Positions 39,025 through 49,503 of a DNA stretch of 62,995 bases are shown here, piece by piece. Under the pieces are notes generated by a model. The model saw only the letters and a program-made list of their open reading frames with translations, did not search any database and was not told the DNA's origin. Source of the stretch: Phycisphaerales bacterium (GTDB taxonomy: Bacteria; Planctomycetota; Phycisphaerae; WQYP01); NCBI GenBank assembly GCA_027451365.1, contig DAIDJN010000030.1, positions 1-62,995 on the forward strand, read 5' to 3'. Numbering within the stretch: the stretch's first letter is position 1; the number at the start of each line of letters is the position of its first letter. The position numbers were made by a program, and so were the translations under genes.

Positions 39025-40935
39025 TTGATTGGCAAAAAAGTCAGCCTGAAACCTTTAGCTCACCTGATTGTGACTTGGCGTTTGCGCGCGCTGCAAAGGT
39101 TGGCCCGCTGGGGGATTCGGGAACAATCCATTCTGGTGGTGTTGGCTGGTGCGGTGGGTTTGGCGACAGGTTGTGCCACATGGCTTTTTGAACAGACCGT
39201 TCTGCTTATACATCATTGGTATTATACGCCCCTTGTGATGGCCACACACGCAACCACGCGCGTGGCCTGTTACGCGCTGCTGCCGCTGATTCCAGCATTT
39301 GGTGGCATTGCGCTCATGTTATGGCGGCGACTTTGGGGCCGGCAGCAGGAAAAACTTCATGGTTTGGCCGGGCTTCTTCATGCGCTTAGCCGCGGTTCAG
39401 GTAAACTCAGAACCAGCCTGGGTTTGACCACACTTGTCGGCAGCAGTATCACAATTGGCAGCGGCGGGTCGGCGGGGCCTGAAGCACCGATTGCCGTCAT
39501 TGGGGCCTCGGTGGGTTCCATTGTGGGTAATTCAGTCGGATTGAGTCGGCGCAATTTGCCGGTTCTTATCGGTTGCGGGGCCGCTGGAGGAATCAGTGCG
39601 GTTTTCGGAGCGCCCATCGCGGGCCTGATTTTCGCGCTGGAGGTTCTGTTGCGGGATTTTTCCGCGCGGACGCTTATTCCGATTGTGATAAGCTCTGTTA
39701 TTTCGACTACGATGTATGTCGCACTGTCCGGCGGCGGCAACCTGCATGGACTGTTTCAAATGCCCTCCGCAGGACCGCAATTTGTTTTTACTTTCCGTGA
39801 ATTGCCGTGGTATTTGCTGCTGGGAATGCTGTGCGGATTGCTGGCGGTCGCGTTTACGCGCTTTTATATGCTCGTGGAAGCGGTGGCCGAAAAATGGTCC
39901 AAGCGCATCAATCGGTTCTGGTTACCAGCTATTGGCGCGGGTCTGTCGGGCATTTGCGGCATCGCGCTGCTGGTTTTGTTTCGTCACAATGCGTTTCTCA
40001 AAATCCGGTTCGGGGAGGGCTACATACCGATTTTCGGCGGCGGCTATCCGACCATTCTGCGTATGATTGACCCGACATGGTACACGCCGGCGCATACTTT
40101 TTCCGGCCACGCAGCCGAATTGACACTGTCTTTTCTCCTGGCCATTTGTGTTCTGAAAATCCTGGCGACTTCCTTCACGCTTGGCCCGGGCGGTTCGGGC
40201 GGCGTGTTTGCGCCAGCACTGTTTATAGGAGCCGCAGGTGGCGGGGCGGTGGGAGTGGTGCTTCACGGCTATCTGCCATCGGCTAATCCGAGTACCTACG
40301 CGCTGGTCGGAATGGGAGCGATGCTGGCGGCGACAATTCAAGCCCCGCTTACCGCGATAATGCTCCTGTTTGAATTGACTCGCAATTACGCTGTGATGCT
40401 GCCAATCATGCTGGCGGCGGTGGCCGCGACCATTATTCAGCAGGTGCTGGTGGGGGAAAGCCTTTATACGCTTCCATTAAAAAAGCTGGGGGTGACGCTT
40501 GGTTCAGCGGTTGGCATGAGCGCGTTGCAGCGTGTCGGTGTGGATCAATTGCAGCTTGCGCCCGCGGCCATCGCCCGTCCGGAAGAAACGCTTTCGGCCG
40601 TTCTGCATCGGAGCCATGCGGATAAAATAGATGATTTCGTTGTGCTTGATGCCCGCGGGGCGTATTTGGGATTGCTGACGATTAACGATTTGAAAACAGT
40701 TTTGCTGGAACCGGAGGCCGCACCCCTTCTGCTGGTGGGTGAGGTTCTGCGGTCGGATGTCACGCCGCTAAATTTTCATGATACGCTGGAGGCGGCCCTG
40801 GCGATGTTTTCCAAATTTGAAGTGTCACATCTTGCCGTGCTGGATGAATTAACCTCTTCAGGTAAGCCGCCGGCGCTGCTGGGCATGCTTTCGCGAGCGG
40901 AATTAATGCGGCGATATTATCAGGAACTCGGTTAA
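39025..40935 (+). CDS. ClC chloride channel/antiporter with CBS domains
   Basis: GSAGPEAP, FGAPIAG, GGVFAP, C-terminal CBS pair. Start is approximate (TTG 39025). Confidence 0.92.
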   Translation: MIGKKVSLKPLAHLIVTWRLRALQRLARWGIREQSILVVLAGAVGLATGCATWLFEQTVLLIHHWYYTPLVMATHATTRVACYALLPLIPAFGGIALMLWRRLWGRQQEKLHGLAGLLHALSRGSGKLRTSLGLTTLVGSSITIGSGGSAGPEAPIAVIGASVGSIVGNSVGLSRRNLPVLIGCGAAGGISAVFGAPIAGLIFALEVLLRDFSARTLIPIVISSVISTTMYVALSGGGNLHGLFQMPSAGPQFVFTFRELPWYLLLGMLCGLLAVAFTRFYMLVEAVAEKWSKRINRFWLPAIGAGLSGICGIALLVLFRHNAFLKIRFGEGYIPIFGGGYPTILRMIDPTWYTPAHTFSGHAAELTLSFLLAICVLKILATSFTLGPGGSGGVFAPALFIGAAGGGAVGVVLHGYLPSANPSTYALVGMGAMLAATIQAPLTAIMLLFELTRNYAVMLPIMLAAVAATIIQQVLVGESLYTLPLKKLGVTLGSAVGMSALQRVGVDQLQLAPAAIARPEETLSAVLHRSHADKIDDFVVLDARGAYLGLLTINDLKTVLLEPEAAPLLLVGEVLRSDVTPLNFHDTLEAALAMFSKFEVSHLAVLDELTSSGKPPALLGMLSRAELMRRYYQELG

Positions 40936-41069
40936 GGGTGGAATAGCGCCGTGGCGCGCTATATATCCGCTCATACGCTATAATTGTCCAGCGGGTATGC
41001 CGGAATCGTTGACGCACCCCTGAATAACAAGCGGCGCGTTTTTATACGCGGAAACACTCGGGAACTGTT

Positions 41070-42299
41070 ATGTTTATTGATGAAGCGGAAATTCGACTTC
41101 TTGGCGGCAACGGTGGCAACGGTTGCGCCGGCATGAGGCGCGAAAAATTTGAGCCCCACGGCGGCCCGGATGGCGGAGATGGCGGCAACGGCGGAAGCGT
41201 TTTTCTCGAAGCGGTTGAGGGGGTGGATACCCTGCTGGATATGGTGGGAAAGCACCACTGGCATGCTGGGCACGGCGAAGCAGGCCTGGGCAAGAAAAAG
41301 GATGGCCGTCGCGGAAACGATCTGATTATCCGCGTTCCGCCCGGAACACTTGTTTACGATTGCGACAGCGGCCTGCTGGTCGCGGACCTCACACCCGCGG
41401 GGCGCAAGGTGCTGATAGCCGCCGGCGGCAAAGGTGGTCGCGGCAACGTGCATTTTATGAATTCGGTGCGTCAGGCCCCCGATTTTGCCGAACCGGGCCA
41501 GCCGGGTCAGGCACGCCGGGTAAAATTGCAGCTGCGGCTGATTGCGGATGTCGGCTTTATCGGCCTGCCCAATGCGGGGAAGTCGACGCTGCTTTCGCGG
41601 CTTTCGGCAGCCCGGCCAAAAATTGCCGATTATCCGTTCACCACACTTAAGCCGCAGTTGGGCATAGCCGAGTTGGATGCTGATCGCCGTCTGGTGCTTG
41701 CGGATATTCCCGGCCTGATAGAAGGCGCGCATGATGGCGCGGGGCTGGGCCTGGAATTTTTAAGGCACATTGAACGAACACGGGTGCTGATTCATCTGGT
41801 GGATATACTGCCAATGGATGGTCAGAAACCGATTGACGCCTATCGGGCGATTCGCGAGGAACTTTTCCGATACAGTCCGCGGCTGGCGACCAAGCCGGAA
41901 ATTCTGGTGGCCAATAAGATGGATTTAACCGGCGCGCCCGAAGCGCTTGCGGATCTGCGCACCGCATTGCCGGGCCGGCACATTATGGCAATCAGTGCGG
42001 CCACAGGGACAGGGCTTCGCCCGCTTCTGGAGGGAATCTGGCAAATCGTACAAAAGGCGCCGCGCAGTGAACCGTTTACAGACCGGCCGCCGTTGATTCT
42101 TCCCCCGGTCCCCAAAGCGGAGGGCGTTGCGACCGAACGTCACTTCACCGCGCATCCGCCGGAATCACCGGAACAGCCCGGCAAGTTGCCGCCCGTGCCT
42201 GATGACCCGGAGCTGGTTGCGGAAATCGCTGCAATGAAAGCGGACGACCTCCGGAAGGGCAAATATTACCGGAAACCCAAAGCCCGCAAACCGGAGTAG
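41070..42299 (+). CDS. obgE: GTPase ObgE
   Basis: MFIDE, GGPDGGDGG, GLPNAGKST, YPFTT, DIPGL, NKMD. Confidence 0.97.
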   Translation: MFIDEAEIRLLGGNGGNGCAGMRREKFEPHGGPDGGDGGNGGSVFLEAVEGVDTLLDMVGKHHWHAGHGEAGLGKKKDGRRGNDLIIRVPPGTLVYDCDSGLLVADLTPAGRKVLIAAGGKGGRGNVHFMNSVRQAPDFAEPGQPGQARRVKLQLRLIADVGFIGLPNAGKSTLLSRLSAARPKIADYPFTTLKPQLGIAELDADRRLVLADIPGLIEGAHDGAGLGLEFLRHIERTRVLIHLVDILPMDGQKPIDAYRAIREELFRYSPRLATKPEILVANKMDLTGAPEALADLRTALPGRHIMAISAATGTGLRPLLEGIWQIVQKAPRSEPFTDRPPLILPPVPKAEGVATERHFTAHPPESPEQPGKLPPVPDDPELVAEIAAMKADDLRKGKYYRKPKARKPE

Positions 42300-42420
42300 G
42301 CTCATTGCCTGCCCCCGTGTGGTGTCTCGCGTCGGGAAGCTGGACAGGTGTCGGCGGGGGGCTGACGGCCCGTGGCAAAGGGGAACCAGAATAATTTTCG
42401 CAAAAACAAATGAAATGGAT

Positions 42421-42909
42421 TTGTGGTTCAGTCGCCGCCGGGTATAATACCGGTTCGATTTAGATGGGTGTTGGCCCATCCTTATGGCGTCCCTTAGGGA
42501 GCTTGGCGTGCAGCTTTTGCGAAAAAATGAGCAGAGCAATGCGGAGGCATAAGTCTTACAGACTCACGCCTCCCATGCCGTCCTCCAGACGGGCGGGACA
42601 CTTCTTTGTCCCGCAGGCGCACCGCGCGGTGTGTCATCACGAGGGTCTTGTATTCCCCTTGTTATGAGTCACACCGCTTCCGGTGTGGCACTGTTTTTCC
42701 CCGTTGGGCGTTCCACGGGGACCCGGCCGAGAGCCAATGGCTTTCGGATACGGTTGACGCTTGAGTAGGCTGACCGGCCCGGATGGCGGTCGGCTTCAAC
42801 AACCCGGACCGCCGAGAGAAAATGGGCGGCCAGTAAATCGGGCACGGCCCGGCAACATTGGATTCCCGGCGATGCGCCGGTGAACAATAATTAGAGGCAC
42901 GAAACGAAC
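42421..42909 (+). ncRNA. Candidate long structured leader RNA of the nusA operon
   Basis: TATAAT at 42443-42448, then about 12 consecutive inverted repeats; no credible ORF. Confidence 0.4.
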
Positions 42910-44241
42910 ATGAACCAGGATTTGCTCCGCATAGTGGACTCCATCGCCCGCGATAAGAACATCGAAAAGGATTCCATCTTTGTCGATATTGAAACATCAC
43001 TGCTTTCCGCCGCCCGTAAATTTTATGGCGAAGCGGATGATGTGGTTTGCGCCATAGACCGCATGACCGGCGAAATTGAAGTTCGCAAAAACGGCACGCT
43101 GATTGACTACAAGGAATTCGGACGCATTGCGGCACAAACCGCCAAACAGGTGCTGATACAAAAAATTCGCGAGGACGAACGCGGCAGCATTTACGAGGAA
43201 TTTTCCGAACGGAAAAACCAGATTATCACCGGAACCGTGGCCCGTGCGGAAGGCAATATACTGTCCGTAAGCCTCGGGCGTTGTGAGGGCTTCATGCCGC
43301 GCAGCGAACAGATTCCGGGTGAATCACACAAACCGGGCGAACGCATCCGCTGCCTGGTGCTGGAAGTACGCGATGTGGGCAGTCAGGTGAAAATTATTCT
43401 GTCCCGTTCACACCCTGACTTTATCAAACGTCTGTTTGAACTGGAAGTTCCGGAAGTTCAGGAAAAGATTATTGAAATTCGCGCTTTGGCTCGCGAAGCT
43501 GGCTATCGCACCAAAATCGCGGTCTCCTCCATTGATACCAAAGTGGACTGCGTGGGCGCATGCGTCGGTGTGCGCGGCAGCCGTATTAAAAATATTGTCG
43601 ATGAACTCGGTGGCGAAAAGATTGATATTGTCCGCTGGAATGAATCCAGTCAGGTGTTAATCACCAATTCCCTCAAGCCGGCGGAAATCATTGAGATCGC
43701 GCTGAATTTCGAACTCAACCGCGCCACTGTGGTCGTGAATGAAGATAAGCTTTCGCTGGCAATCGGCAAACGCGGCCAGAACGTGCGGTTAGCCGCCCGC
43801 CTGACCGGCTGGGACATTGATATTCTTACCCCGTCGGAGTACAGCAAGGGGCTGGATGACCTGGAAAAGGTGATGAAAACCATTGAAGGGGTGGATGACA
43901 AATTTGTGGATCGTCTGGTGGCCTTGGGCATCATCAATCTGCACGATCTTGAAGAAGTCGGTACCGACCCGCTGGTGAAGGAATTGGAAATTACGCCGGA
44001 ACTTGCGGCAAAAGTTCTTGAAATCGGCCGCCAAGCCGCCGTCAGGATCGCCGAGGAAGACGTCGTACGCAAAGCCGCCGAGGCGCATGCCGCAAGAGCC
44101 GAAGCCGCCGCAACCGCTGTGGCACTGGCCGGCCCGGCCGATGATATGGCGGAAATTGCCGCCGAGGGAATCGTGGAAGAAGCTCAAGCGTCGGACGCGG
44201 CACCTGATGCAGCACCGGCCACCGATGCGCCGGCGGTTTAA
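42910..44241 (+). CDS. nusA: Transcription factor NusA
   Basis: FGRIAAQTAKQ, S1 domain, LFELEVPE, GACVGVRG, AIGKRGQNVRLA. Confidence 0.98.
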   Translation: MNQDLLRIVDSIARDKNIEKDSIFVDIETSLLSAARKFYGEADDVVCAIDRMTGEIEVRKNGTLIDYKEFGRIAAQTAKQVLIQKIREDERGSIYEEFSERKNQIITGTVARAEGNILSVSLGRCEGFMPRSEQIPGESHKPGERIRCLVLEVRDVGSQVKIILSRSHPDFIKRLFELEVPEVQEKIIEIRALAREAGYRTKIAVSSIDTKVDCVGACVGVRGSRIKNIVDELGGEKIDIVRWNESSQVLITNSLKPAEIIEIALNFELNRATVVVNEDKLSLAIGKRGQNVRLAARLTGWDIDILTPSEYSKGLDDLEKVMKTIEGVDDKFVDRLVALGIINLHDLEEVGTDPLVKELEITPELAAKVLEIGRQAAVRIAEEDVVRKAAEAHAARAEAAATAVALAGPADDMAEIAAEGIVEEAQASDAAPDAAPATDAPAV

Positions 44242-44522
44242 GCCTGCGGCCAAAAAGAGGCTGATCCACCAGAAGATCAGAAGGAAGGATCAGAGAGACG
44301 AATTAGCCCGCCCGCGGAATTCGCGGAACGGGCAAAATCCGGGACAGTATCCGTTAGCCGGATACCACCCGGTTTTAGCCCGCAACCGGGGCTTATAAAA
44401 CCGCCCGCGCCGCGCCGCTGATTATGGCGCAGTGAATGACGGGCAATAATACTGATACAGGGTTCGCCGACCGAACCAATTACCACGGGTCGGCCGACAA
44501 CCCTTTTTCAATGGAGCGTTCA

Positions 44523-47500
44523 TTGAGCACAACCAAAGTACATCAACTCGCCAAAGAGCTGGGAGTGGACAGCAAGGACATTGTAGAAAAATGTCGTGCT
44601 GAAGAAATTCCGGGAGTCAAGGATTACCGCAGCTCTGTGAGCGTGGGCCTGGCGCAGACTATTCGCGAATGGTTCAGCGCAGAAGCGCCCAAAACCGCCG
44701 TGGAAAAGGCCGCCCATGTCGATGTTGAAAAGGTCAAAAAGAAATCGACCCGCAAGGCTCGCAGCGAATCGCACGATTCAGACAGCGGCAGCGGTGGTGA
44801 CACGGCAACCTTGACCGAAGAAGCGCCTCTGGAACCTGAAATATCCGCCGATGTTACCGGCGAAACGCCAGCGTCATCGGCTCGCCGTCGCGCGCGCGGT
44901 ACAAAAGCGGAAAAGGTCGCCGCCCCTGTTGAAACGGCCCCGGCAGTTGCTCAACCTGCGGATGAATCGATTGAATCGGCGGCGCCGGTTCCCATGGCAG
45001 AGGCGGAATCCGTCGCCGCCACTCCCACCGAAACTCCAATTGAACAGCCCGTTGCACCAGACCCGCAGGCAGTTTTGGCGCCCGCACCGGTTGAAGTTGC
45101 CGCGCATCCGGTCCGTCCCGCGCATAAACCTGAAAAACATGATTCCCATGGTGGCCATGGCCATGCCGCCGCACCGGACGCGGCGCACCCGCCCCACGCA
45201 CCAGCCAGTGTCGCTAAACACGCCGGCGCAGTGGCGGCCAAACCGGCCGCCGAGGTACCCGTGAAGCCAGTTCGCCCGGTCGCACCGGTGACGGCGCGCG
45301 GCATTCCGAATGTTGTCCAACGGCCGGTGGTGGCACCGGCGGGCCACCGCAATGTTCCGGCACCGGCCCAACTGCAGGGACCGAAACTTGTCCGCGTGGA
45401 AGCGCCTGACCAGGTTGCCGCACCGCGATCGCGGCCGCGACCACCGGCTTCGCCGACTATGGGCGGGGGGCCGGCGATTGGTCGAGGTGGATTGCCCATT
45501 CCCGCCTCCGGTACAGGCCACCGCGCCAAAGGGCGCACCGAAGGAACATATACAGATGATGAAGAAGCAAAGGCCAAAGGCAAGGGCGCTCGGCGCGGTT
45601 CCGGCCGCACCGGCGATTCCGGCATTGACCTGATTCGCGAATGGCGCGAGGCAGATCTGCTGGATCGCGCTGAACGACTGGCCTCGGCCACTGGCGGCAT
45701 GTTGCGCAGCCGACGGCGGCAGTTGAATAAATCGCAAGCCCGCGCTTCGCAGGCGCATGCGCCTTCGGCCCGTCCGTCGGTGGTGGAAATTACGCCGCCC
45801 CTTACCGTTCGGCAACTGTCCGAGGCAATGGGTGTAAAATCCGGTGAATTGCTTAAAAAGCTTATGGCCCAGGGCGCAATGGTTACCGTCAACCAGACCG
45901 TGGATGCGGAAACCGCGCAAATGCTGGCCATTGATTTTGGCATCGAACTCGTGGTGAAAGCGAAAGAATCGTTGTACGCGACACTGGAACGCCAGTACCG
46001 TGAAAAGGCCGACAGTGCCCCCAAGGAACCGCGCTCCGCGATTGTGACCGTGCTTGGCCATGTGGATCACGGCAAAACCAGCCTGCTGGATAAAATCCGC
46101 TCCACACAGGTGGCCGCGGGCGAAGCCGGTGGCATTACGCAGCATATTGGCGCATACACCATTTCCATTACCGGGTCGGATGGAAATGCCAAACGTGTCA
46201 CATTTCTGGACACTCCGGGCCACCAGGCTTTTACTGCCATGCGCGCTCGCGGGGCCAATCTGACTGATGTGGTGGTACTGGTGGTGGCCGCGGATGACGG
46301 CGTGATGCCTCAGACGGTTGAATCAATCAACCATGCGAAGGCCGCGGGCGTACCCATTGTGGTCGCCTTGAATAAAATTGATAAGCCGGAAGCCAATGCC
46401 AACAAGGTTTTGGGTCAGCTTGCTGAAAATGGGCTGAATCCGACGGAATGGGGCGGCGATACGGAAGTTGTCCGCACCAGCGCCACAACCGGTCTGGGTG
46501 TGAAGGAACTGATTGAATACCTGGACTATATCGCCCAACTTCGGGAATTGAAGGCATCACCCGGTTTGCCAGCGCGGGGTTCAGTTATTGAATCGTTCAT
46601 GGATCCGCTCCGTGGCGTGGTGGCGCGCATTATGGTGCAGAACGGCACCCTCCATGTCGGGGATCCGATGGTCTGCGGGCCAGCCTCCGGCCGTGTGCGC
46701 CAGCTTATCGACGACAAAGGCGTTTCGATCAGCGAAGCCAGACCCGCAACGCCGGTGGAAGTCATTGGCCTGGATAATGTCCCCGTTGGTGGCGACCCGC
46801 TATATGTGGTCGAAGACCTGAGCCATTCCAAATCCATCGCCGAGGAACGCGCCCGCGCCGACCGCGACGCGGAAATCGCGCAGCGCGGAAAAGTGACTTT
46901 GGAAAATCTGTACGACACCATCAAGCGCGGACAGATTAAAGAACTCAACATGATCCTGAAAGCCGATGTGCAGGGGTCTGTGGACGTGCTCCGCAAAACC
47001 ATGACCGAGGAACTTTCCAAGGAAGTTCAGGTCAAACTGCTGCATTCGGCGGTTGGCGGCATCAGCGAAAGCGATGTTCTGCTGGCCGAAGCTTCCAATG
47101 CCATTATCGTCGGATTTTCGGTCGAACCGGATGAATCCGCCCGGAAACTCGCCGAAGACCGTGGTGTGGATATCCGCCTCTACACCATCATTTATGAAAT
47201 CACCGATGACATCCGCAAGGCCCTGTCCGGCATGTTGTCGCCGGAGAAACAGGAACAGATTCTCGGTCATGCCGAAGTCCGTCAGGTTATCCGGGTCAGC
47301 AAGGTCGGCAATATCGGTGGCTGCATGGTGACCGATGGTGTTCTGCAGCGCGTCAACAAATACCGGATATTCCGCGAAGAATCGCTCCTGGCCGAAGGAT
47401 TGACGCTCGAATCCCTCAAACGATTTAAGGAAGATGTCAAGGATGTCCGCGGCGGCTTGGAATGCGGCATTAAATTCGCCGACCATGACGATATCAAGGT

Positions 47501-47552
47501 CGGTGATCGCGTGGAAGCGTACAAGACCGTGGACGTGGCGCGATCGCTATAA
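44523..47552 (+). CDS. infB: Translation initiation factor IF-2
   Basis: [37 protein letters not shown] start after GGAG. Confidence 0.98.
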   Translation: MSTTKVHQLAKELGVDSKDIVEKCRAEEIPGVKDYRSSVSVGLAQTIREWFSAEAPKTAVEKAAHVDVEKVKKKSTRKARSESHDSDSGSGGDTATLTEEAPLEPEISADVTGETPASSARRRARGTKAEKVAAPVETAPAVAQPADESIESAAPVPMAEAESVAATPTETPIEQPVAPDPQAVLAPAPVEVAAHPVRPAHKPEKHDSHGGHGHAAAPDAAHPPHAPASVAKHAGAVAAKPAAEVPVKPVRPVAPVTARGIPNVVQRPVVAPAGHRNVPAPAQLQGPKLVRVEAPDQVAAPRSRPRPPASPTMGGGPAIGRGGLPIPASGTGHRAKGRTEGTYTDDEEAKAKGKGARRGSGRTGDSGIDLIREWREADLLDRAERLASATGGMLRSRRRQLNKSQARASQAHAPSARPSVVEITPPLTVRQLSEAMGVKSGELLKKLMAQGAMVTVNQTVDAETAQMLAIDFGIELVVKAKESLYATLERQYREKADSAPKEPRSAIVTVLGHVDHGKTSLLDKIRSTQVAAGEAGGITQHIGAYTISITGSDGNAKRVTFLDTPGHQAFTAMRARGANLTDVVVLVVAADDGVMPQTVESINHAKAAGVPIVVALNKIDKPEANANKVLGQLAENGLNPTEWGGDTEVVRTSATTGLGVKELIEYLDYIAQLRELKASPGLPARGSVIESFMDPLRGVVARIMVQNGTLHVGDPMVCGPASGRVRQLIDDKGVSISEARPATPVEVIGLDNVPVGGDPLYVVEDLSHSKSIAEERARADRDAEIAQRGKVTLENLYDTIKRGQIKELNMILKADVQGSVDVLRKTMTEELSKEVQVKLLHSAVGGISESDVLLAEASNAIIVGFSVEPDESARKLAEDRGVDIRLYTIIYEITDDIRKALSGMLSPEKQEQILGHAEVRQVIRVSKVGNIGGCMVTDGVLQRVNKYRIFREESLLAEGLTLESLKRFKEDVKDVRGGLECGIKFADHDDIKVGDRVEAYKTVDVARSL

Positions 47553-47600
47553 GGCGGCAGCGCGGACTGCCCCGTTTTTTGACCCCGGCTTGCACCGGGT

Positions 47601-47888
47601 ATGTGTATGAAGATTGGAATTCTTCAGGTGGATTTGAAAATTGGAGATGCCCTGAACTTGCGCGAAAAGCGCGGCATTCTTCGTTCGCTTAAGGACCGCT
47701 GGCGCCACCATCACAATGTATCGGTGGCGGAGGTTGACTTCCAGGACCATCCGCAGCATGCCATGCTGGGGCTGGCGATGGTCGGCAACGACGCCCGCTT
47801 TCTGGAAAGTGCGCTGGCCAGACTTGTGGAAAATCTGAAACAGGAACGCCGGGCGGAACTGCTTGATTTTCAAATTGAAATTATCTGA
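47601..47888 (+). CDS. DUF503 (YlxP-like) protein
   Basis: LREKRGILRSLK..NVSVAEVD; typical position between infB and rbfA. Confidence 0.9.
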   Translation: MCMKIGILQVDLKIGDALNLREKRGILRSLKDRWRHHHNVSVAEVDFQDHPQHAMLGLAMVGNDARFLESALARLVENLKQERRAELLDFQIEII

Positions 47889-47933
47889 CAGGAAACAAGT
47901 TTTTTTCCCCGCTGCGGGGTTTGAACCGTAACC

Positions 47934-48449
47934 ATGACCGTGCGAAATCAGAAAATTGAAGCCCGCATTCAGCGACTCGTCGCGGAGGCCCTCGTCCGCG
48001 AAGTGTCCGACCCGCGGCTTGGCGGCCTGCTTTCCGTCACGCGCGTCCAGATTACGCCGGACCATCGCGATGCCAAGGTCTTTATCAGCGCGCTTTCAAC
48101 CCGCCCGGATCAAACCGTCCAGCAGGGGCTGAATTCCGCCCAGAAGCGAATACAGTCGCATGTGACCCGCGGATTGTCCATGAAGTTTGCCCCGCGCCTG
48201 ACCTTCCATCTCGATAACTCGTTGAAAAAGCAGGCTGAAATATTAGCCCTTATGCGGGCGTCGGCTGAAACCTCCCTGGCCGCTGCGGATTCTCCTGCCG
48301 CCGGCGGGCGCGATGCGGAATCTTCGGTCACAATTCCCGTCGCACCGCAAGAGCAAGTAAATTCTGTGACTGCACATACTCAAATCACGGTGCCGGCGTC
48401 AGGCCGCGCCCGTGATAAAAAAACTCCACCGAAAGGTTCCCATGAATAA
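47934..48449 (+). CDS. rbfA: Ribosome-binding factor A
   Basis: DPRL..SVTRVQITPD, PRLTFHLD; C-terminal extension. Confidence 0.92.
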   Translation: MTVRNQKIEARIQRLVAEALVREVSDPRLGGLLSVTRVQITPDHRDAKVFISALSTRPDQTVQQGLNSAQKRIQSHVTRGLSMKFAPRLTFHLDNSLKKQAEILALMRASAETSLAAADSPAAGGRDAESSVTIPVAPQEQVNSVTAHTQITVPASGRARDKKTPPKGSHE

Positions 48450-49434
48450 AGTCGGAATTAAACCGGATGCCCTGAAAAAAATCACCGCCAGGCTGGTTCG
48501 GCATGCCCCGGCGTCGACCGTCGGCAAAATCCCGCCGGACCCGCTTCAGCGGCTGGTTGAAGCGTTTATGGAATACGATACCGAGCCGGCGCGCGGTCAG
48601 GCTGCGGCGGCTAAACTCATCGGTGCCATGGTGGATTACAACGACCTGCGTGTGACCTCGGTCATGGAAATGGTCGCGCTCATCGGCAGTCGGTACCCGT
48701 TTGCTGATTCACGTTGCGCGGCGCTTCGCCGTACGCTCCAATCCATATACGACCGTGAACATCAGCTGAGCCTTGAATGCCTTCGTCACATGAAAAAGGC
48801 GGAAATCCGCAAATATCTGCAGACGCTTTATGGCATTAATGCCTATGTTGAGGCGATTGTCGCGCTGGATTCATTTGATGTTCACGCCGTTCCGGTGGAT
48901 ACCAAACTGCTGCTCTGGATGATCAATAAAGATGCCGCGAGTCCGGAAACCACCGTGCTTGATTTGCAACAGGCGCTGGAACGGTCGCTGCGCGGGGACG
49001 AAATGGCTGATTTTCACCATGGTGCCCGCAAGGAGCTTGAATCGTTCACGCCGCGGGTCTGGCCGGCTCCGGTCAAGCTCACGCCGCAGCCCTCTGCGAC
49101 CATTGCGCAAGCCGCACCGGTCGCTGCGGCCGTCGCCATGCCAACTGCGGCTCGCAGGCTTCCCGAATCGCCGCGCCCGGCTTCGCAGAAGCACACCGAA
49201 AAGCCGACGGAAAAGCACTCCGATAAGCATGGTGATAAACATCCGGATAAACATCCGGATAAACATTCGGATAAACATTCCCCCAAGCCCGCTGAAAAAC
49301 ATGCTGAAAAGCATATGGATAAGCATGGCGAAAAACATTCCCAAAAGCATGCCGACAAACCGGCGGACAGGCATGTGGATAAACATAACAGCGAGAAACA
49401 TAAAGATACCGGAAAGGCCAAGGCAAAAAAATAA
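48442..49434 (+). CDS. Degenerate HhH-GPD/endonuclease III-like protein with KHxD/E-repeat tail
   Basis: DPLQRLV, VDYNDLRV, SLECLR, LQTLYGI, HAVPVD; His/Lys-rich tail; overlaps the rbfA stop. Confidence 0.65.
   Translation: MNKVGIKPDALKKITARLVRHAPASTVGKIPPDPLQRLVEAFMEYDTEPARGQAAAAKLIGAMVDYNDLRVTSVMEMVALIGSRYPFADSRCAALRRTLQSIYDREHQLSLECLRHMKKAEIRKYLQTLYGINAYVEAIVALDSFDVHAVPVDTKLLLWMINKDAASPETTVLDLQQALERSLRGDEMADFHHGARKELESFTPRVWPAPVKLTPQPSATIAQAAPVAAAVAMPTAARRLPESPRPASQKHTEKPTEKHSDKHGDKHPDKHPDKHSDKHSPKPAEKHAEKHMDKHGEKHSQKHADKPADRHVDKHNSEKHKDTGKAKAKK
49189..49407 (+). repeat. Degenerate 12-bp tandem repeat (GATAAACATCCG-like) encoding KHxD/E units
   Basis: GATAAACATCCG GATAAACATCCG GATAAACATTCG GATAAACATTCC at about 49234-49281, with degenerate copies either side. 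Confidence 0.85.
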
Positions 49435-49461
49435 TCCCTGGCGATCTGTTCATATGCTAAC

Positions 49462-49493
49462 GGGTCGGATTGTATCCGGTCTTGGTTTTATTT
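49462..49493 (+). terminator. Weak terminator-like hairpin immediately before the hisG RBS
   Basis: GGGTCGGAT-TGT-ATCCGGTCT (9 bp including G-U pairs) followed by TGGTTTTATTT. Confidence 0.35.
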
Positions 49494-49503
49494 GGAGTTT
49501 ACG

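Noticed and set aside
49234..49281. Tandem repeat as a CRISPR array
   Set aside because: 12-bp in-frame coding units with no spacers and no cas genes.
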